NCBI GenBank assembly: GCA_963827655.1 | Contig: CAWHCF010000036.1 | Coordinates: forward strand, 224,001-288,000 | From: an uncultured Acidobacteriota bacterium | Lineage (GTDB): Bacteria > Acidobacteriota > UBA6911 | DNA length: 64,000 bases | Direction of reading: 5' to 3' | Shown here: positions 9,607-20,352 of the stretch, one piece after another | Layout of the letters: each line of letters starts with the position of its first letter | Numbering within the stretch: the stretch's first letter is position 1 | Position numbers and translations under genes: made by a program | The notes under the pieces: generated by a model | Told to the model about the DNA's origin: nothing | Database searches by the model: none | What the model saw: only the letters and a program-made list of their open reading frames with translations

Positions 9607-12600
9607 TCAGAACAGGAATCGCAGCCCAAACTGAATCACTCGCGGGGCGGCCGTCGTCGAGCTGATGACGCCGAAGGTCGCCGGCGTGGCGATGGCGGTT
9701 CCCGGAAGTCCGAAATTGGTCTGGTTCAGCGCGTTGAAGAATTCCGTTCGGAATTCGAGGAACCGTTCTTCGCCCAGGGCTACCCGTTTGGAAACGCCGA
9801 GATCCAGGTTACTCTGCCCTGGCCCTCTCAGAATGTTCGACCCCGTGTTGCCAAAAATCGTGCCGGCCTGCGAGACCGGGAAACCGTCGGGAGTCGTCTG
9901 GCCTGCCGCAACGGTGGGAGCTCGCACGAATGCCGCAGGATTGAAATACTGGTTCAGACGGGATTGCGTGGAACCTGATAAGGTCGCGGTTTCGGCCGTG
10001 GCGCCCGCAGCGAAGCTCGCCCTCCCGCCGGCATTTCCGTACAGAGTGCCTGCAGTGCTGTCCCCGATGCCATAGGGTGGGCCCGATTGCACCGCCCACA
10101 CGCCGGAGAGCTGCCAGCCTCCAAAGACTTTCTGAAGCGCGGAAGTGCTCCCACGATAGAAGGGAAGCTCGTACAGGAAGCTGGTCACAAAGCGGTGGGT
10201 GCGATCGAAGCCGACCAGCCCGTAGCCGGTTCCCCGGACATTGTGCTGGTCCTGGGCGAGATTGCCGAAGCTGCCGGCAAAGTCCCCGAACGCGTCTCCT
10301 CCGTCAACCGTGCCGAGACTCTTCGAATAGGTGTAGGAGGCGAGCAGGCCCAATCCATGACTCATCCGTTTGGTGAGACTCGCCTGCAGCGAATTGTAGT
10401 TGGAAATCCCGGTGTTCTCGTTGCTCCAGGTGGTGTTGGCAAAGCCCAGCCATTGGGCCCTCATCACCGCGTTTGCGGGCGTGTTGGTCGTGATGCCGTT
10501 GATGGGATGCTCCGGACTCGCGAGAGCTGCCTGATTCTTGGTTATCGAAAGGTATAGCTTCGTGCCTCTGGAGCCGACGTATCCCATTTCCAGCAGGAGG
10601 TCGCTGGTAAACGCATACTGCACGTTCAGGCTGTAGGTCTGAAAATAGGGGGTTCGGCTCAAAGGGTCGAGGAATCCCCTGGATACGGTGGCTCCCGCGA
10701 AAGGGGGTCCGGGGATGATCGAGAGAGAGATGGGGGAATCCGGCGGCGGCACCGGCGGAAAAGGATTGTCCAGGGTGGAGGCCGCATTGTCGATACCACT
10801 GCGCAGGAGGGGAGCCTGAATCAGACCACTCTCCAGAATCACGGGAAGGAAACTTTTCTTGTCGTAGTAGATTCCGTATCCGCCGCGAATGACCGTGTTT
10901 TTCCAGGACTGATAGGCGAAACCGAAACGCGGGGCAAAGTTGTTCCGGTCTGACGAGTCGAGAAACGTCTTGTTGACGAGGGGGATACCCTCAAGGGGAA
11001 ACGCCGTATTCTCCGGAAGCACCCAGCCGGCCGAACTGAATCCGCCCGGCGGAGGTACGCGATACAGGCGCGGATCGAAGTTGGCCCCATAACCGTGCGC
11101 ATCCCACATGTCGCCCAGGAACTCCCAGCGCAGCCCCAGATTCAGGGTCAGCCGGGGATGGACCTTCCAGTCGTCAGCCAGGAAGAAGCTTTGATCCCAG
11201 GCACGTGTCGCCCGGTAGTTGAACCTCGCTGTGGCGGCGATGTTGATCTGGTTGATATTGCTGAAAGTAGTCCCGTTGCCGCCCTGATCGATAGGGCCTG
11301 CCCGGCGTCCCAGGAGAAAGTCGGCGAAAGACTGAATCCGCATGATCCCGACCTGCTGGCCACGGAAAGTATTGATATTGACCTGAAGCCTCTTGGTTTC
11401 GGCTCCTGCTCGAAGTTCATGCCTCCCCCGTCGGAAAGACAGGACATCACCAAAGGAAAAGGTGTTCGTGACTTGACGCGAATTATTGCCCTGAGTGCCA
11501 AAGGCGTACGCACCCGTAATAATGATGGAGGGCATCGCAGGATACACGTCCTGATAGGGACGGTATATCCCCACGTCGGTGTCCCGGAGTGCTTCGCCGC
11601 TGTTGTTGATACGTCCGGTCCGGGTATAGCCGAGCCGTGCCTCGTTGATGGTCCTGGCTCCGAAGAAATGGGTATCGCCCAGTGAAAGATTCTGGTTATC
11701 GAAGTCTATGTTGGTAGGGAAGCCCGGAAGGTTTATACCGTTATAAATTCCCTCTTCGCGGATCGAGTCGGCGAAAAAGTATTTGCCTGCCAGACGGTTG
11801 CGCTCGCTGACTTTATAATCGAGGTTGGCGTTGAACTGGTCCTCATGGAAAACAGCCGGTATAGAAACGGCATAGTTGACGCCCGGACCCTGGTGCTGCG
11901 GACTGGGAAGGAGAAACTCACCCCCGGGGAGCTTGTAATTCAGCAACCTGAGAGCGACCGGGTGAATGTTAGAGCCATCGGGAGCGATCGCCAGCCCACC
12001 CCGTATTCCCGTTTGACCACCGAAGACAGCCCCCAGGCTCGCCGGGCTTCGGTCCTGCGGTACCGGCGGCAGTACGATCTGGCGGGTGGAGGACAGAGAG
12101 GAACCATTCAGCTGGCGAGTTCCCTCATACGACGAGAAGAAGAACAGCCGATCCTTCAGGACCGGTCCGCCGACTGTCCCTCCAAACTGATTCTGGCGCA
12201 GGATGGGACGGGGCGCGTCAAGACTGTTGAAGAAGAACTGATTGGCGTTGAGAACTTCGTTCCGGAAGAACTCGTAGAGGCTCCCATGAAATGCCGAGGT
12301 TCCGGACCTGGTCACGATGGCCACGTTGGCGCCGGCATTTCTGCCATAGGACGCATCGTAGAGTCCAGTCTGAACCTTGAACTCGTGAATCGTTTCGACG
12401 GATGGCGTTGACACTCCCGCCTGAATTCCAGGCCCGGAATTCGAGGCCGAATTCGTGTAGGGATTGTTGGCGTCGACGCCGTTGATGGTGTAACTGTTGC
12501 CCAGCTGGTAGACCCCGTTGGTAAACACGTTGCGCGTGCCTTTCCCCAGGGCCGAGCTGTCCGGCAGGGCCATCGTCGTTCCGGGAGAGAGGGCGCTCAA

Positions 12601-13137
12601 CTGTGTGAAATTGCGCGTGACCAGGGGCAACTCGGTGATCTGGCGTGAGTCCACAACCCGCCCCATGGCTGGGCTGTTGGTCTGAAGGATGGACGCGTCC
12701 CCTGTGATCGTGACCACTTCGTCCCGTGTCGACACTTCCAGCGCGACGTCCACCACCGATGTCTCCGTGACTCGAACCGTCACGCCGTCCCGGATAACCG
12801 TCTTGAAGCCAGGCATGGAAACCTTGATGCGATAGCTGCCCGGATTAAGCAACTGGAAGCCATAGAGTCCTTCAGTGCCCGTTATGGTCTCGCGCATCTC
12901 TCCGGTGTCGGTCTGGTTGATTTGAACCGAGACGCCTGGAATGATTCCCCCGGATGCGTCCTTCACCGTTCCCGTTATGGCACCCGTGTTCGCAGTCTGC
13001 GCCATCAGACTGCTGCCCGGAATCAGCCACAATAGAACCAGCGCGCAGAACAATACCCTCAACGAACAAGCGTCCAGGCGTTCGGCCTTGAGCCGCACCC
13101 ATCCGCTTCCACCTATCGGTTCCCTCTTGATCTTCAT
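9607..13137 (-). CDS. Oar-type TonB-dependent receptor
   Basis: ITGTVKDASG, LPLVTRNF, YEFFRNEVLNAN, RQNQFGGTVGGP, DDWKVHPRLTLNLGLRWE, terminal Phe. Start position uncertain. Confidence 0.92.
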   Translation of the reverse strand: MKIKREPIGGSGWVRLKAERLDACSLRVLFCALVLLWLIPGSSLMAQTANTGAITGTVKDASGGIIPGVSVQINQTDTGEMRETITGTEGLYGFQLLNPGSYRIKVSMPGFKTVIRDGVTVRVTETSVVDVALEVSTRDEVVTITGDASILQTNSPAMGRVVDSRQITELPLVTRNFTQLSALSPGTTMALPDSSALGKGTRNVFTNGVYQLGNSYTINGVDANNPYTNSASNSGPGIQAGVSTPSVETIHEFKVQTGLYDASYGRNAGANVAIVTRSGTSAFHGSLYEFFRNEVLNANQFFFNSLDAPRPILRQNQFGGTVGGPVLKDRLFFFSSYEGTRQLNGSSLSSTRQIVLPPVPQDRSPASLGAVFGGQTGIRGGLAIAPDGSNIHPVALRLLNYKLPGGEFLLPSPQHQGPGVNYAVSIPAVFHEDQFNANLDYKVSERNRLAGKYFFADSIREEGIYNGINLPGFPTNIDFDNQNLSLGDTHFFGARTINEARLGYTRTGRINNSGEALRDTDVGIYRPYQDVYPAMPSIIITGAYAFGTQGNNSRQVTNTFSFGDVLSFRRGRHELRAGAETKRLQVNINTFRGQQVGIMRIQSFADFLLGRRAGPIDQGGNGTTFSNINQINIAATARFNYRATRAWDQSFFLADDWKVHPRLTLNLGLRWEFLGDMWDAHGYGANFDPRLYRVPPPGGFSSAGWVLPENTAFPLEGIPLVNKTFLDSSDRNNFAPRFGFAYQSWKNTVIRGGYGIYYDKKSFLPVILESGLIQAPLLRSGIDNAASTLDNPFPPVPPPDSPISLSIIPGPPFAGATVSRGFLDPLSRTPYFQTYSLNVQYAFTSDLLLEMGYVGSRGTKLYLSITKNQAALASPEHPINGITTNTPANAVMRAQWLGFANTTWSNENTGISNYNSLQASLTKRMSHGLGLLASYTYSKSLGTVDGGDAFGDFAGSFGNLAQDQHNVRGTGYGLVGFDRTHRFVTSFLYELPFYRGSTSALQKVFGGWQLSGVWAVQSGPPYGIGDSTAGTLYGNAGGRASFAAGATAETATLSGSTQSRLNQYFNPAAFVRAPTVAAGQTTPDGFPVSQAGTIFGNTGSNILRGPGQSNLDLGVSKRVALGEERFLEFRTEFFNALNQTNFGLPGTAIATPATFGVISSTTAAPRVIQFGLRFLF

Positions 13138-13338
13138 TAAAACGAGACTCCCATGTTGCGGCGGCGAGCCAGGACGCTCCAAGCCGATTTGAAATCTGCC
13201 CTTCTCTGCTCAGGTTCTGCAGCGCGTATGATCGGGACGAGACAGGTGCCCGGAGATGATTCACGATAGCCAGCATCCGTGGCTCGGTCCGGTTTATCCC
13301 GATCGTGTCAAATCGCCAGCCGCAGTAGCAGGTGAATT

Positions 13339-13445
13339 GAATTGTTCGAAGATAATCTTAGTCCCCAAGAACAAAACGTCAACAGAAATTGTCCACAAGT
13401 GGTGTTGAATTGTTCTCAAATCAGGTTAGAATTGTCCCCAATTCT
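13339..13445. promoter_or_regulatory. Repeated AATTGTYC operator-like boxes in the divergent promoter region
   Basis: AATTGT at 13340, 13387, 13408 and 13430, including the palindromes TTGTCCACAA and GAATTGTCCCCAATTC. Confidence 0.45.
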
Positions 13446-13857
13446 CGGTAGCCGGCTCTTCCCATCTCGCGCTCTTTGTTCCTGCTCGAACCGGGATCGA
13501 CGCCGAGATAAGAAAAGGGGATGGCCGGACCGGCGTGGCCGGACTCTATGGCCTGGGGAGGCGCATGCGGAGAGAATGCGAGTCCGAATCAGGAATCTGT
13601 CTCGATGTGCCGCACCTTCGGCGGGCGTAATTTCTAAGACCGTGCAACTCTTTTCCCGGCCTTGCGGCGCGGGCCTATCACTGCCGAGCACCTGTGCGCC
13701 TGAGGGACATTGGTTACTTCGCCGGTCGCGGCAGCAAGCTGCCGAGGCACAAGTGCGCAAGCAGTAGCTTGCGCACTTCAAAATTGACTCAAGGTCGTTC
13801 ACCGCCGTACATGTCTGATATCGGGAATTCTAACCCGATGACTTGGGAGCAAGACTC

Positions 13858-14241
13858 ATGAAACAAGCGACACGGTCGGCGGTTGCGTCTTACGCTCGCG
13901 ACGCGCGTTTTGAACCTGACGACACCATACGCACCTGGCTGCGGTTCCGCGATCTCGGTGTGGCCCAGGCGACCGAAGGCAAGTTCCACGCCTACGTCAC
14001 CCGCGCCGCCGAGTTGGGGAAATCCACCGGCTGGCATTACCACAAGTTTGATTTCCAGTTGATCTTTTGTCTGAAGGGCTGGGTGAAGATGCAGTACGAG
14101 GGGGGTCAGGAAGTCACACTGGGTCCCGGCGATTCCGTGTACCAGCCGCCCGGAGTTGTCCATAACCTGGTCGACTACTCGGAAGACATGGAGATCCTCG
14201 AGATCGAATCTCCTCACGGGATCGTCACTGTCGATGTCTGA
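13858..14241 (+). CDS. Cupin domain protein
   Basis: GWHYH...PGDSVYQPPGVVH. Confidence 0.85.
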   Translation: MKQATRSAVASYARDARFEPDDTIRTWLRFRDLGVAQATEGKFHAYVTRAAELGKSTGWHYHKFDFQLIFCLKGWVKMQYEGGQEVTLGPGDSVYQPPGVVHNLVDYSEDMEILEIESPHGIVTVDV

Positions 14242-14250
14242 CCCGCGACG

Positions 14251-15753
14251 ATGATCCCCCTCTCGACAGTGGACTGGCTGATCTGCCTGGGCTACCTGGC
14301 CGCGGTGATCGTGGTGGGGTTCTGGTGTGCTCGCAGATCCACTACCGAAGAAGATTACTTCGTAGGATCGCGCAGAATGAGCTGGTGGCTCATCGGAGTT
14401 TCGCTGTTTGCTACCGGCTTCAGCTCACTCTCTTTCGTGGGGCTGCCGCGCGAGGCCGCCTACGCGGACTACCACCTCTTCCTCGCGATTCTGCTCATTC
14501 CTGTCTGGGTGGCTCCCGTCGTCGGCCGGGTTTTCATTCCCATCTACCACAGGCTGCGGTTGACCAGCGCCTATGAGTACCTCGAGCGCCGCTTCAACCG
14601 GCAAACGCGGCTGGCGGGAAGCGGTCTCTACACGGTCTACTGCCTGGGCTGGTTGGGCTCGATGCTGTACGCCGTCGGTCTGGTTGTGGCAGTGGCCCTC
14701 GGTCTTGCGGATGACCAGATCATCCGGATAGTGGTCGTAGTCGGTCTCTTAACCACCATCTACACGGTGGTGGGAGGATTCACAGGAGTGATCTGGAACG
14801 ACCTGCTGCAGGCTGTCACGCTGGCGGTGGGGATTGCAATCGTGCTGACCACCGCAGTTGGCCAGATCGATCGCGGCTGGATCGGAGTATGGGAACTGGC
14901 GCAGCTCCATGACAAGCTGCAGATGTTCGACTTGCATCTCGATCTCCCCTCTGGCGGAACCTTCTTTTCGGCGGCGGCTCTCGGGTTGTTCACCTTCCTG
15001 GGAATCTTCGCGGTCGAGCAGGTCATGGTCCAGCAGTACGTCGCAATGCCGGATGTTGCGAGCGCGCGCCGCGCCTTGTGGCTCACCGCGCTCATCGTAG
15101 TCTGCGTCGATCTTATGTTCTTCGTGGTAGGAACCACGGTTTTTGCTTACTACCACCAGTCCCTGCCGGCGAACGCCCCGGCGGGAAGCGGTTTCCCTCC
15201 TCTTGCGCGGCAGGACCAGCTGCTCCCACTCTTCATCAAAACCGAAGTTGGGTTTCCCGGGCTGACGGGTGCCTTCCTGGCCGGCCTGTTCGCAGCGGCA
15301 ATGAGCAGCCTTGCCGGAGGTTTGAACTGCCTGACGGCGCTTCTCGTCTGCGACTGGCTCCCGGGACGGAAGCTCCGCGCCGGCGCGACACGCCTGATCT
15401 CAGCCCTGTTCGGGCTCGCGGTTACGGGCGCGTCGCTCCTGGTCCCGCACATTGGAAAGAATGTCTACGAGATCATTGTCAAGATCATGGGCACACTGAG
15501 TGGCCCGCTGCTCGGAGTCTTTCTGCTCGGCATCCTCACTCGCCGCGCGAACTCAGCCGGCGCCCTCGCCGGGCTGGCCGGAGGACTTGCGTTCAGCGTC
15601 TGGCTTATCTTCCAATCGGTCGTGTCCTACTGGTGGTTCAGTGCCATCACCACCTTTGCCACGATCACGATCGGCCTGGTCGTGAGCCAGTTCTTGCCGC
15701 CTCGTCCGGCACATGAACTCGAGGGACTCGTCCTGCGTCGGTCCCTTGAGTAG
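14251..15753 (+). CDS. Sodium:solute symporter
   Basis: EDYFVGSR, SAYEYLERRF, GGFTGVIWND, AAAMSSL and many transmembrane helices. Confidence 0.92.
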   Translation: MIPLSTVDWLICLGYLAAVIVVGFWCARRSTTEEDYFVGSRRMSWWLIGVSLFATGFSSLSFVGLPREAAYADYHLFLAILLIPVWVAPVVGRVFIPIYHRLRLTSAYEYLERRFNRQTRLAGSGLYTVYCLGWLGSMLYAVGLVVAVALGLADDQIIRIVVVVGLLTTIYTVVGGFTGVIWNDLLQAVTLAVGIAIVLTTAVGQIDRGWIGVWELAQLHDKLQMFDLHLDLPSGGTFFSAAALGLFTFLGIFAVEQVMVQQYVAMPDVASARRALWLTALIVVCVDLMFFVVGTTVFAYYHQSLPANAPAGSGFPPLARQDQLLPLFIKTEVGFPGLTGAFLAGLFAAAMSSLAGGLNCLTALLVCDWLPGRKLRAGATRLISALFGLAVTGASLLVPHIGKNVYEIIVKIMGTLSGPLLGVFLLGILTRRANSAGALAGLAGGLAFSVWLIFQSVVSYWWFSAITTFATITIGLVVSQFLPPRPAHELEGLVLRRSLE

Positions 15754-15847
15754 AGCGGCTTGGTCTGTGGCGCGGGCCATAATGAGGCCGTCGCAAAACG
15801 TAGATTCCCCTGGTAGTCATGGCTCAGACCTTCTTCCGAGCACCCTG

Positions 15848-16617
15848 ATAGGGGTAGGGAGGATCGATTGAGTTCGATCCCCCCTCCCTCCGAACCGGAC
15901 GTGCGGATCTCCCGCATCCGGCTCTCCAGTCGGTGGTTCACCTCGAAGAGGGTTGACGTGCCATTCAGAGGCGTTGGTCAGGATCCCACACCTGCGAATG
16001 TAACTGAAAACTTTCGCGATTGGTTTCCAGTTGCCCGGATGACCAAGGCTGTCAACATGCATCTCACGTGCGCTGCCAGTTCCGGCCACGGGTTTCAACC
16101 CGTCGCTCTCTCCGACTCGCATAGCCCTTGGGCACTAGCGTCGGTTTGTCTTCTGTCAGTCACGCATCCATGCATCCACCTCCCTGCGCTCCTTTGCTCC
16201 AGGCCCATTACGGCCCTTCCCCGCTCTTATGAGCGCTCTGACTCCTGCCCGCCCGGCTCTTCGGCTCTTCCGAGCATGAACTCCGGCTCCTGCTACGAGC
16301 AGGTCTCCCTGATTCACGCACTTGATCTTCCGATCCCTCCGTCTCCAACCACCAGTCAGTCCCCCAACGTCGCTTTCGCACGCTACCCCTCAGCTCGTCG
16401 AGTCTCCCGCTTTTGCGGGTCTAGGTTTTGCCTTACGCCAGCAGGCTCGCCGATACAGACCGGCCGAATCGAGTTCGTTATCCTACGGATGGATCGTTCA
16501 CCTCCTGCTGCTCCCCACCCCGCCTCACGGCGACGCAGTTGCATTCGGTTTCAGGCCGGAGAGCGTATGCCTGGAGAGGACTTTCACCTCTCTGATCATG
16601 TGCGCTTTAAGGCGCAC
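15848..16617 (-). mobile_element. Group II intron without an intact RT ORF (770 nt)
   Basis: 5' end GTGCG at 16617; domain V GAGCCGGATGCGGGAGATCCGCACGTCCGGTTC; domain VI ending CCCCTAT at 15848; only IEP remnants (MLTAL; ARQPSSR*) in domain IV. Confidence 0.9.
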
Positions 16618-16693
16618 TGGCGACGGGCCAGTGGCCCGTCGCAATTAACGTAATCGGTATACCTTAACCTTAAAAAGTTCGGTTGTGCCCCTC

Positions 16694-16735
16694 GGGGGCC
16701 GGACGGGCTTGATAGCCCGTCCGCACATGTATCGG
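16694..16735. repeat. REP-like hairpin, copy 2
   Basis: Identical 36-bp core to 8582-8617. Confidence 0.85.
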
Positions 16736-16804
16736 TGGTTTTTGCGACGGCTCGGCGAAGCAAGCTTGCGCACCCCAAAGAGCCTGTCGCCAATACGATC
16801 GCAT

Positions 16805-18577
16805 TCAGCGATTCGGCATCACCGGTAGGGCCACATGGGACGGGCGCGCGCGATCGTGGAAGACGGTCTGGCGCGCGGACCTCCACTCGGTATCGGTAGG
16901 AATAGGGTTCCCGGTATTCTGGTTCGGCGCTATGAAGGGATATGCGCTGCTCGAAATTTCGATTCGCACCCTATGCCCGGGCAGGAAGGCATGCGCGAAA
17001 TCGAACAACTCGATCCGGAACTTCTCGGGTTTCCCGGGCGTGAGAAGCTCCGGGCGCTCGAGCCCGTTTCGATAACGCGCCCGGATGACGCCCGTTGGTA
17101 GCGTACCGAGTTTCACCGCGCGCCCGTCGGGATAGACATCCAGTATCTTGGCGGTGAAGTCGGTATCCCGGGCGTCACTGGCCGCAAACAGCTCGACGTG
17201 GCTGCGACCAATCACCTCCAGCCGGTCAGCCAGTGGATCGCTGGTGTAGACGAGTACGTCGTCGCGGCGCTCGATCGGTCGGTGGTCGAGAGGTAAGTCC
17301 TCGCCATTGAGCTTCGAAGGCACAGGATTTCGAGGGTCGAAAGTAAAGCCATCGGGAGGCTCGTCGGCCGCGCTGTCCCAACTGAGTCGCCCATCCCCGG
17401 TGGCAGAGTTTGCTCGGCCGCCGCTGTGCAGGTAGAGGGGCCGGAACCGGGCATCGGCCGGCGGGTACTGATCGAAGCTGCGCCACTGGTTCAGTCCGGT
17501 AACGTAGACGCGGGCCCGCGGGAAGTCGAACTTCGGGGTCACTCTCTTCAGGTAATGGTCGAAAAAGGCGAGGTGAAGCGCTTTGTTGTCGACCACCGAA
17601 TCGGAAGAGAAGTCCATGTCTCCGAGCTTGATCTTTCCGCCCAGAAAGGTGTCGTTGTGAGTCCACGGTCCGGCAAGCAGGTACTGCTGTTCGCGGGACG
17701 GAGAGTGTGCCGTCATGCCGCGCCACCGGTGCATCGCCGTGGGCTGGTCACCGTCGAACCAGCCGGTGACGTGGAGGGCAGGAATGTCGAGGCTGCGGTA
17801 GACTTCGGGATCGAAGTGCAGCTTCTTCCAGTGTGGATCCCAGTCGGGGTGCTCCATGAAGGCCCGATAAAAAGGAATCCGGCGGCCAAATGCCTCGTCC
17901 ATCGTCAGGAGCGGCCGGTGCTGGAAAACCTGGTCCCAGTCTGTGCCGGTGACATTGTCCCCCTGGTAGATCCGTCCCGAGACGAGGTTCAGCCACGGGA
18001 TCGCCCACCCCATGACGACCGCTCCTCCGAGGTAATTGAAGATGCCGTCGAGAGCACCGGAGGCGGTGGGGGCGATACAGACCAGGTGAGGCGGACGCGC
18101 CCGAGCCGCCAGCCACTGCACTTCCCCCAGATAGGAAAACCCCAGCATCCCGACACGGCCGTTACACCACGGCTGCGTTGCCATCCATTCCACAGTGTCA
18201 TAGCCGTCGTCGGCGTCCGTGAGATAGAAGTTGTACTCTCCTTCCGAATCTCCGCGTCCGCGCACGTCCTGGACGACCAGGACGTAACCACGGCTCGCAA
18301 AGAATGCCCCGTGTTCAGGGAATTTGAACAGCCCCCTGGTCTTGAGATAGGGCGTCCGGATAAGGAGCGCAGGGTAGCGCCCGGAATCCGGCGGGAACCA
18401 TACGTCGGCCGAAAGGCGTACCCCATCGCGCATCGGGATGCGCATGTCAAACTGCCTCCGGACCTTGGGGGACTCCTTTGATTGTCCCCAGACACCCAGA
18501 TTCGCCGCGAGCGTCAGCAACGCGACGGCAAAACCGGGAATCGACCACCGAACCGAACCTGACAGAGTCAAGGCCAT
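16805..18577 (-). CDS. CocE/NonD family hydrolase (Xaa-Pro dipeptidyl-peptidase fold)
   Basis: MRDGVRLSAD, RTPY, QDVRGRGDSEG, GFSYLG, GWFD, GPWTH. Confidence 0.93.
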   Translation of the reverse strand: MALTLSGSVRWSIPGFAVALLTLAANLGVWGQSKESPKVRRQFDMRIPMRDGVRLSADVWFPPDSGRYPALLIRTPYLKTRGLFKFPEHGAFFASRGYVLVVQDVRGRGDSEGEYNFYLTDADDGYDTVEWMATQPWCNGRVGMLGFSYLGEVQWLAARARPPHLVCIAPTASGALDGIFNYLGGAVVMGWAIPWLNLVSGRIYQGDNVTGTDWDQVFQHRPLLTMDEAFGRRIPFYRAFMEHPDWDPHWKKLHFDPEVYRSLDIPALHVTGWFDGDQPTAMHRWRGMTAHSPSREQQYLLAGPWTHNDTFLGGKIKLGDMDFSSDSVVDNKALHLAFFDHYLKRVTPKFDFPRARVYVTGLNQWRSFDQYPPADARFRPLYLHSGGRANSATGDGRLSWDSAADEPPDGFTFDPRNPVPSKLNGEDLPLDHRPIERRDDVLVYTSDPLADRLEVIGRSHVELFAASDARDTDFTAKILDVYPDGRAVKLGTLPTGVIRARYRNGLERPELLTPGKPEKFRIELFDFAHAFLPGHRVRIEISSSAYPFIAPNQNTGNPIPTDTEWRSARQTVFHDRARPSHVALPVMPNR

Positions 18578-18880
18578 GCCTCTCGATAAACGCGCCGCAC
18601 GTCAGCGCTCACTCTTCCTGGCCCAGCGAGAGCCGGTGCGTCGCACGTGTGATCCGCGTTGCTCTGCGCAGCTGCATTCTTTCAGGTACGCGGATGAACG
18701 CGTAAACCGCGGCTCGATATCAGCCGCTGAAACTCTTACCAGATCCCGAGGTGAAAGGCCACGACGTTGACATTACCGCATCCTTCTCCTACGATGCCCC
18801 GCGCCGGCGACTCTCTCAGTAATACAGGCGAGATCTTACAGTGATCGGGCCGGCAGTCGTCCAAGGCGGAGCTTGATGTG

Positions 18881-20350
18881 ATGCGCGTCGTAACTGGAGG
18901 GATCAGCCACGAGACCAGCACCTTCACGCCCATCCCGACAACCTGGGGGAGTTACGACGAGCGCTTCAATCTTCGGGGAGCGGCCGTGCTGGAGACCTTT
19001 CGCGGCACTAACACGCCGATCGGCGGCTTCATTGAGGGGTCGGAGTCACACGGTTTCGAGCTGGTACCTACCCTCTTTACCGAGGCATTTCCCAGCGCGC
19101 CGACACCGCGGAGAATCTTCGACTTGCTGCTCGGCGAACTGCTGCAACGGATTGAGGAAGCGGGGCCAGTCGATGGCGTCCTGCTCGACCTGCACGGCGC
19201 CATGATCGCCGAGGGAATCGACGATGCCGAGAGCCACATTCTGGCCTCGGTGCGCGGGCTCGTCGGCCCGAAGGTTCCGATCGTGGCGCAGCTCGATCTC
19301 CACTCGCACATGTCGCACCGCATGATCGAGATTGCCGACGTTCTCATCGGGCGGGAGACCTACCCGGAGGTCGATATGGCCGAGCGCGGGCGAGAATGCG
19401 CCGACGTCTTGGCCAGGATTCTCAAGGACGGTCTCCGGCCCGCGACGGCGCTTCACCAGGTCCCGATGGCGTGGTGCGGCAATGATGTGACTGCCATGCC
19501 GCCGGCCAGTGAAGCGATCGCCGAGCTGCACCGGATCGAGCGTGAGCCCGGAGTCGTCTGCGGCTCCATCGCCATGGGGTTCCCCTTTGCCGACGTGCCC
19601 GACATGGGCGTGTCGGTGTTCGTCGTCACCGACGGCGATAAGGCGCTCGCACAATCCTATGCGGACCATCTAGGCGAGTGGATCTTCGACAGGCGACAAG
19701 TCTGGTGGGATTTTCCCATGCCGAGCACTCGAGAGGCTCTCGACCTGGCCCGAATCGAGCAACGCTTTCCCGTGATCTTTGCCGACACGAACGACAACAC
19801 AGGAGGCGGGACCGCGGGCGACAGCACGGGCATGCTCGAGGTCTTCCTCGAGGCCAAGCTCGAGGACGCGTGCCTGCTTTACATTGTGGACCCTGAGGCA
19901 GTCGCTCAATGCGCCCAGGCGGGAGTGGGCGCGACGGTAACATTGAACGTCGGCGGGAAGTCCTCCCCGCTGCAAGGACGTCCGGTCCGCATGACCGCCG
20001 AGGTTATGGGGCTGGCTGACGGCCGCTTTCGCTACGACGGGCCGATGTATGCCGGGCTCGAGGGCAATCTGGGTCCCTCGGCCTGGATCCGTCAGGTGGG
20101 AGTCCATGTTGTGCTGGTGAGCAAGCGCGAGCAACCCTTCGATGCGGCCCTGGCGCGCACTCTGGGGCTGGAACCGCGCCGGATGCGCTACCTCGGGCTC
20201 AAGTCGAGCGGTCATTTCCGAGCCAGCTTCGGGTCATGGGCCGGGGCCATACACGTGGTTTACGAGCCGAGCGTTCACGACTTCACGCTGAGAACGCTCC
20301 GTTTCCACAGGCTCGGCCGCGAGCTTTACCCGGTCGACGGCAGGTGGTAG
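18881..20350 (+). CDS. M81 family (MlrC-like) metallopeptidase
   Basis: SHETSTF, LHGAM, LDLH, DNTGGG, KSSGHFRA. Confidence 0.92.
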   Translation: MRVVTGGISHETSTFTPIPTTWGSYDERFNLRGAAVLETFRGTNTPIGGFIEGSESHGFELVPTLFTEAFPSAPTPRRIFDLLLGELLQRIEEAGPVDGVLLDLHGAMIAEGIDDAESHILASVRGLVGPKVPIVAQLDLHSHMSHRMIEIADVLIGRETYPEVDMAERGRECADVLARILKDGLRPATALHQVPMAWCGNDVTAMPPASEAIAELHRIEREPGVVCGSIAMGFPFADVPDMGVSVFVVTDGDKALAQSYADHLGEWIFDRRQVWWDFPMPSTREALDLARIEQRFPVIFADTNDNTGGGTAGDSTGMLEVFLEAKLEDACLLYIVDPEAVAQCAQAGVGATVTLNVGGKSSPLQGRPVRMTAEVMGLADGRFRYDGPMYAGLEGNLGPSAWIRQVGVHVVLVSKREQPFDAALARTLGLEPRRMRYLGLKSSGHFRASFGSWAGAIHVVYEPSVHDFTLRTLRFHRLGRELYPVDGRW

Positions 20351-20352
20351 GT

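Noticed and set aside
15627-16653. ORFs 15868-16653, 15817-16122 and 15627-15941
   Set aside because: They overlap intron RNA domains and have no RT motifs.
18881-20350. Microcystin degradation (mlr) cluster
   Set aside because: Only an M81-family gene is present; mlrA, mlrB and mlrD are not recognisable.
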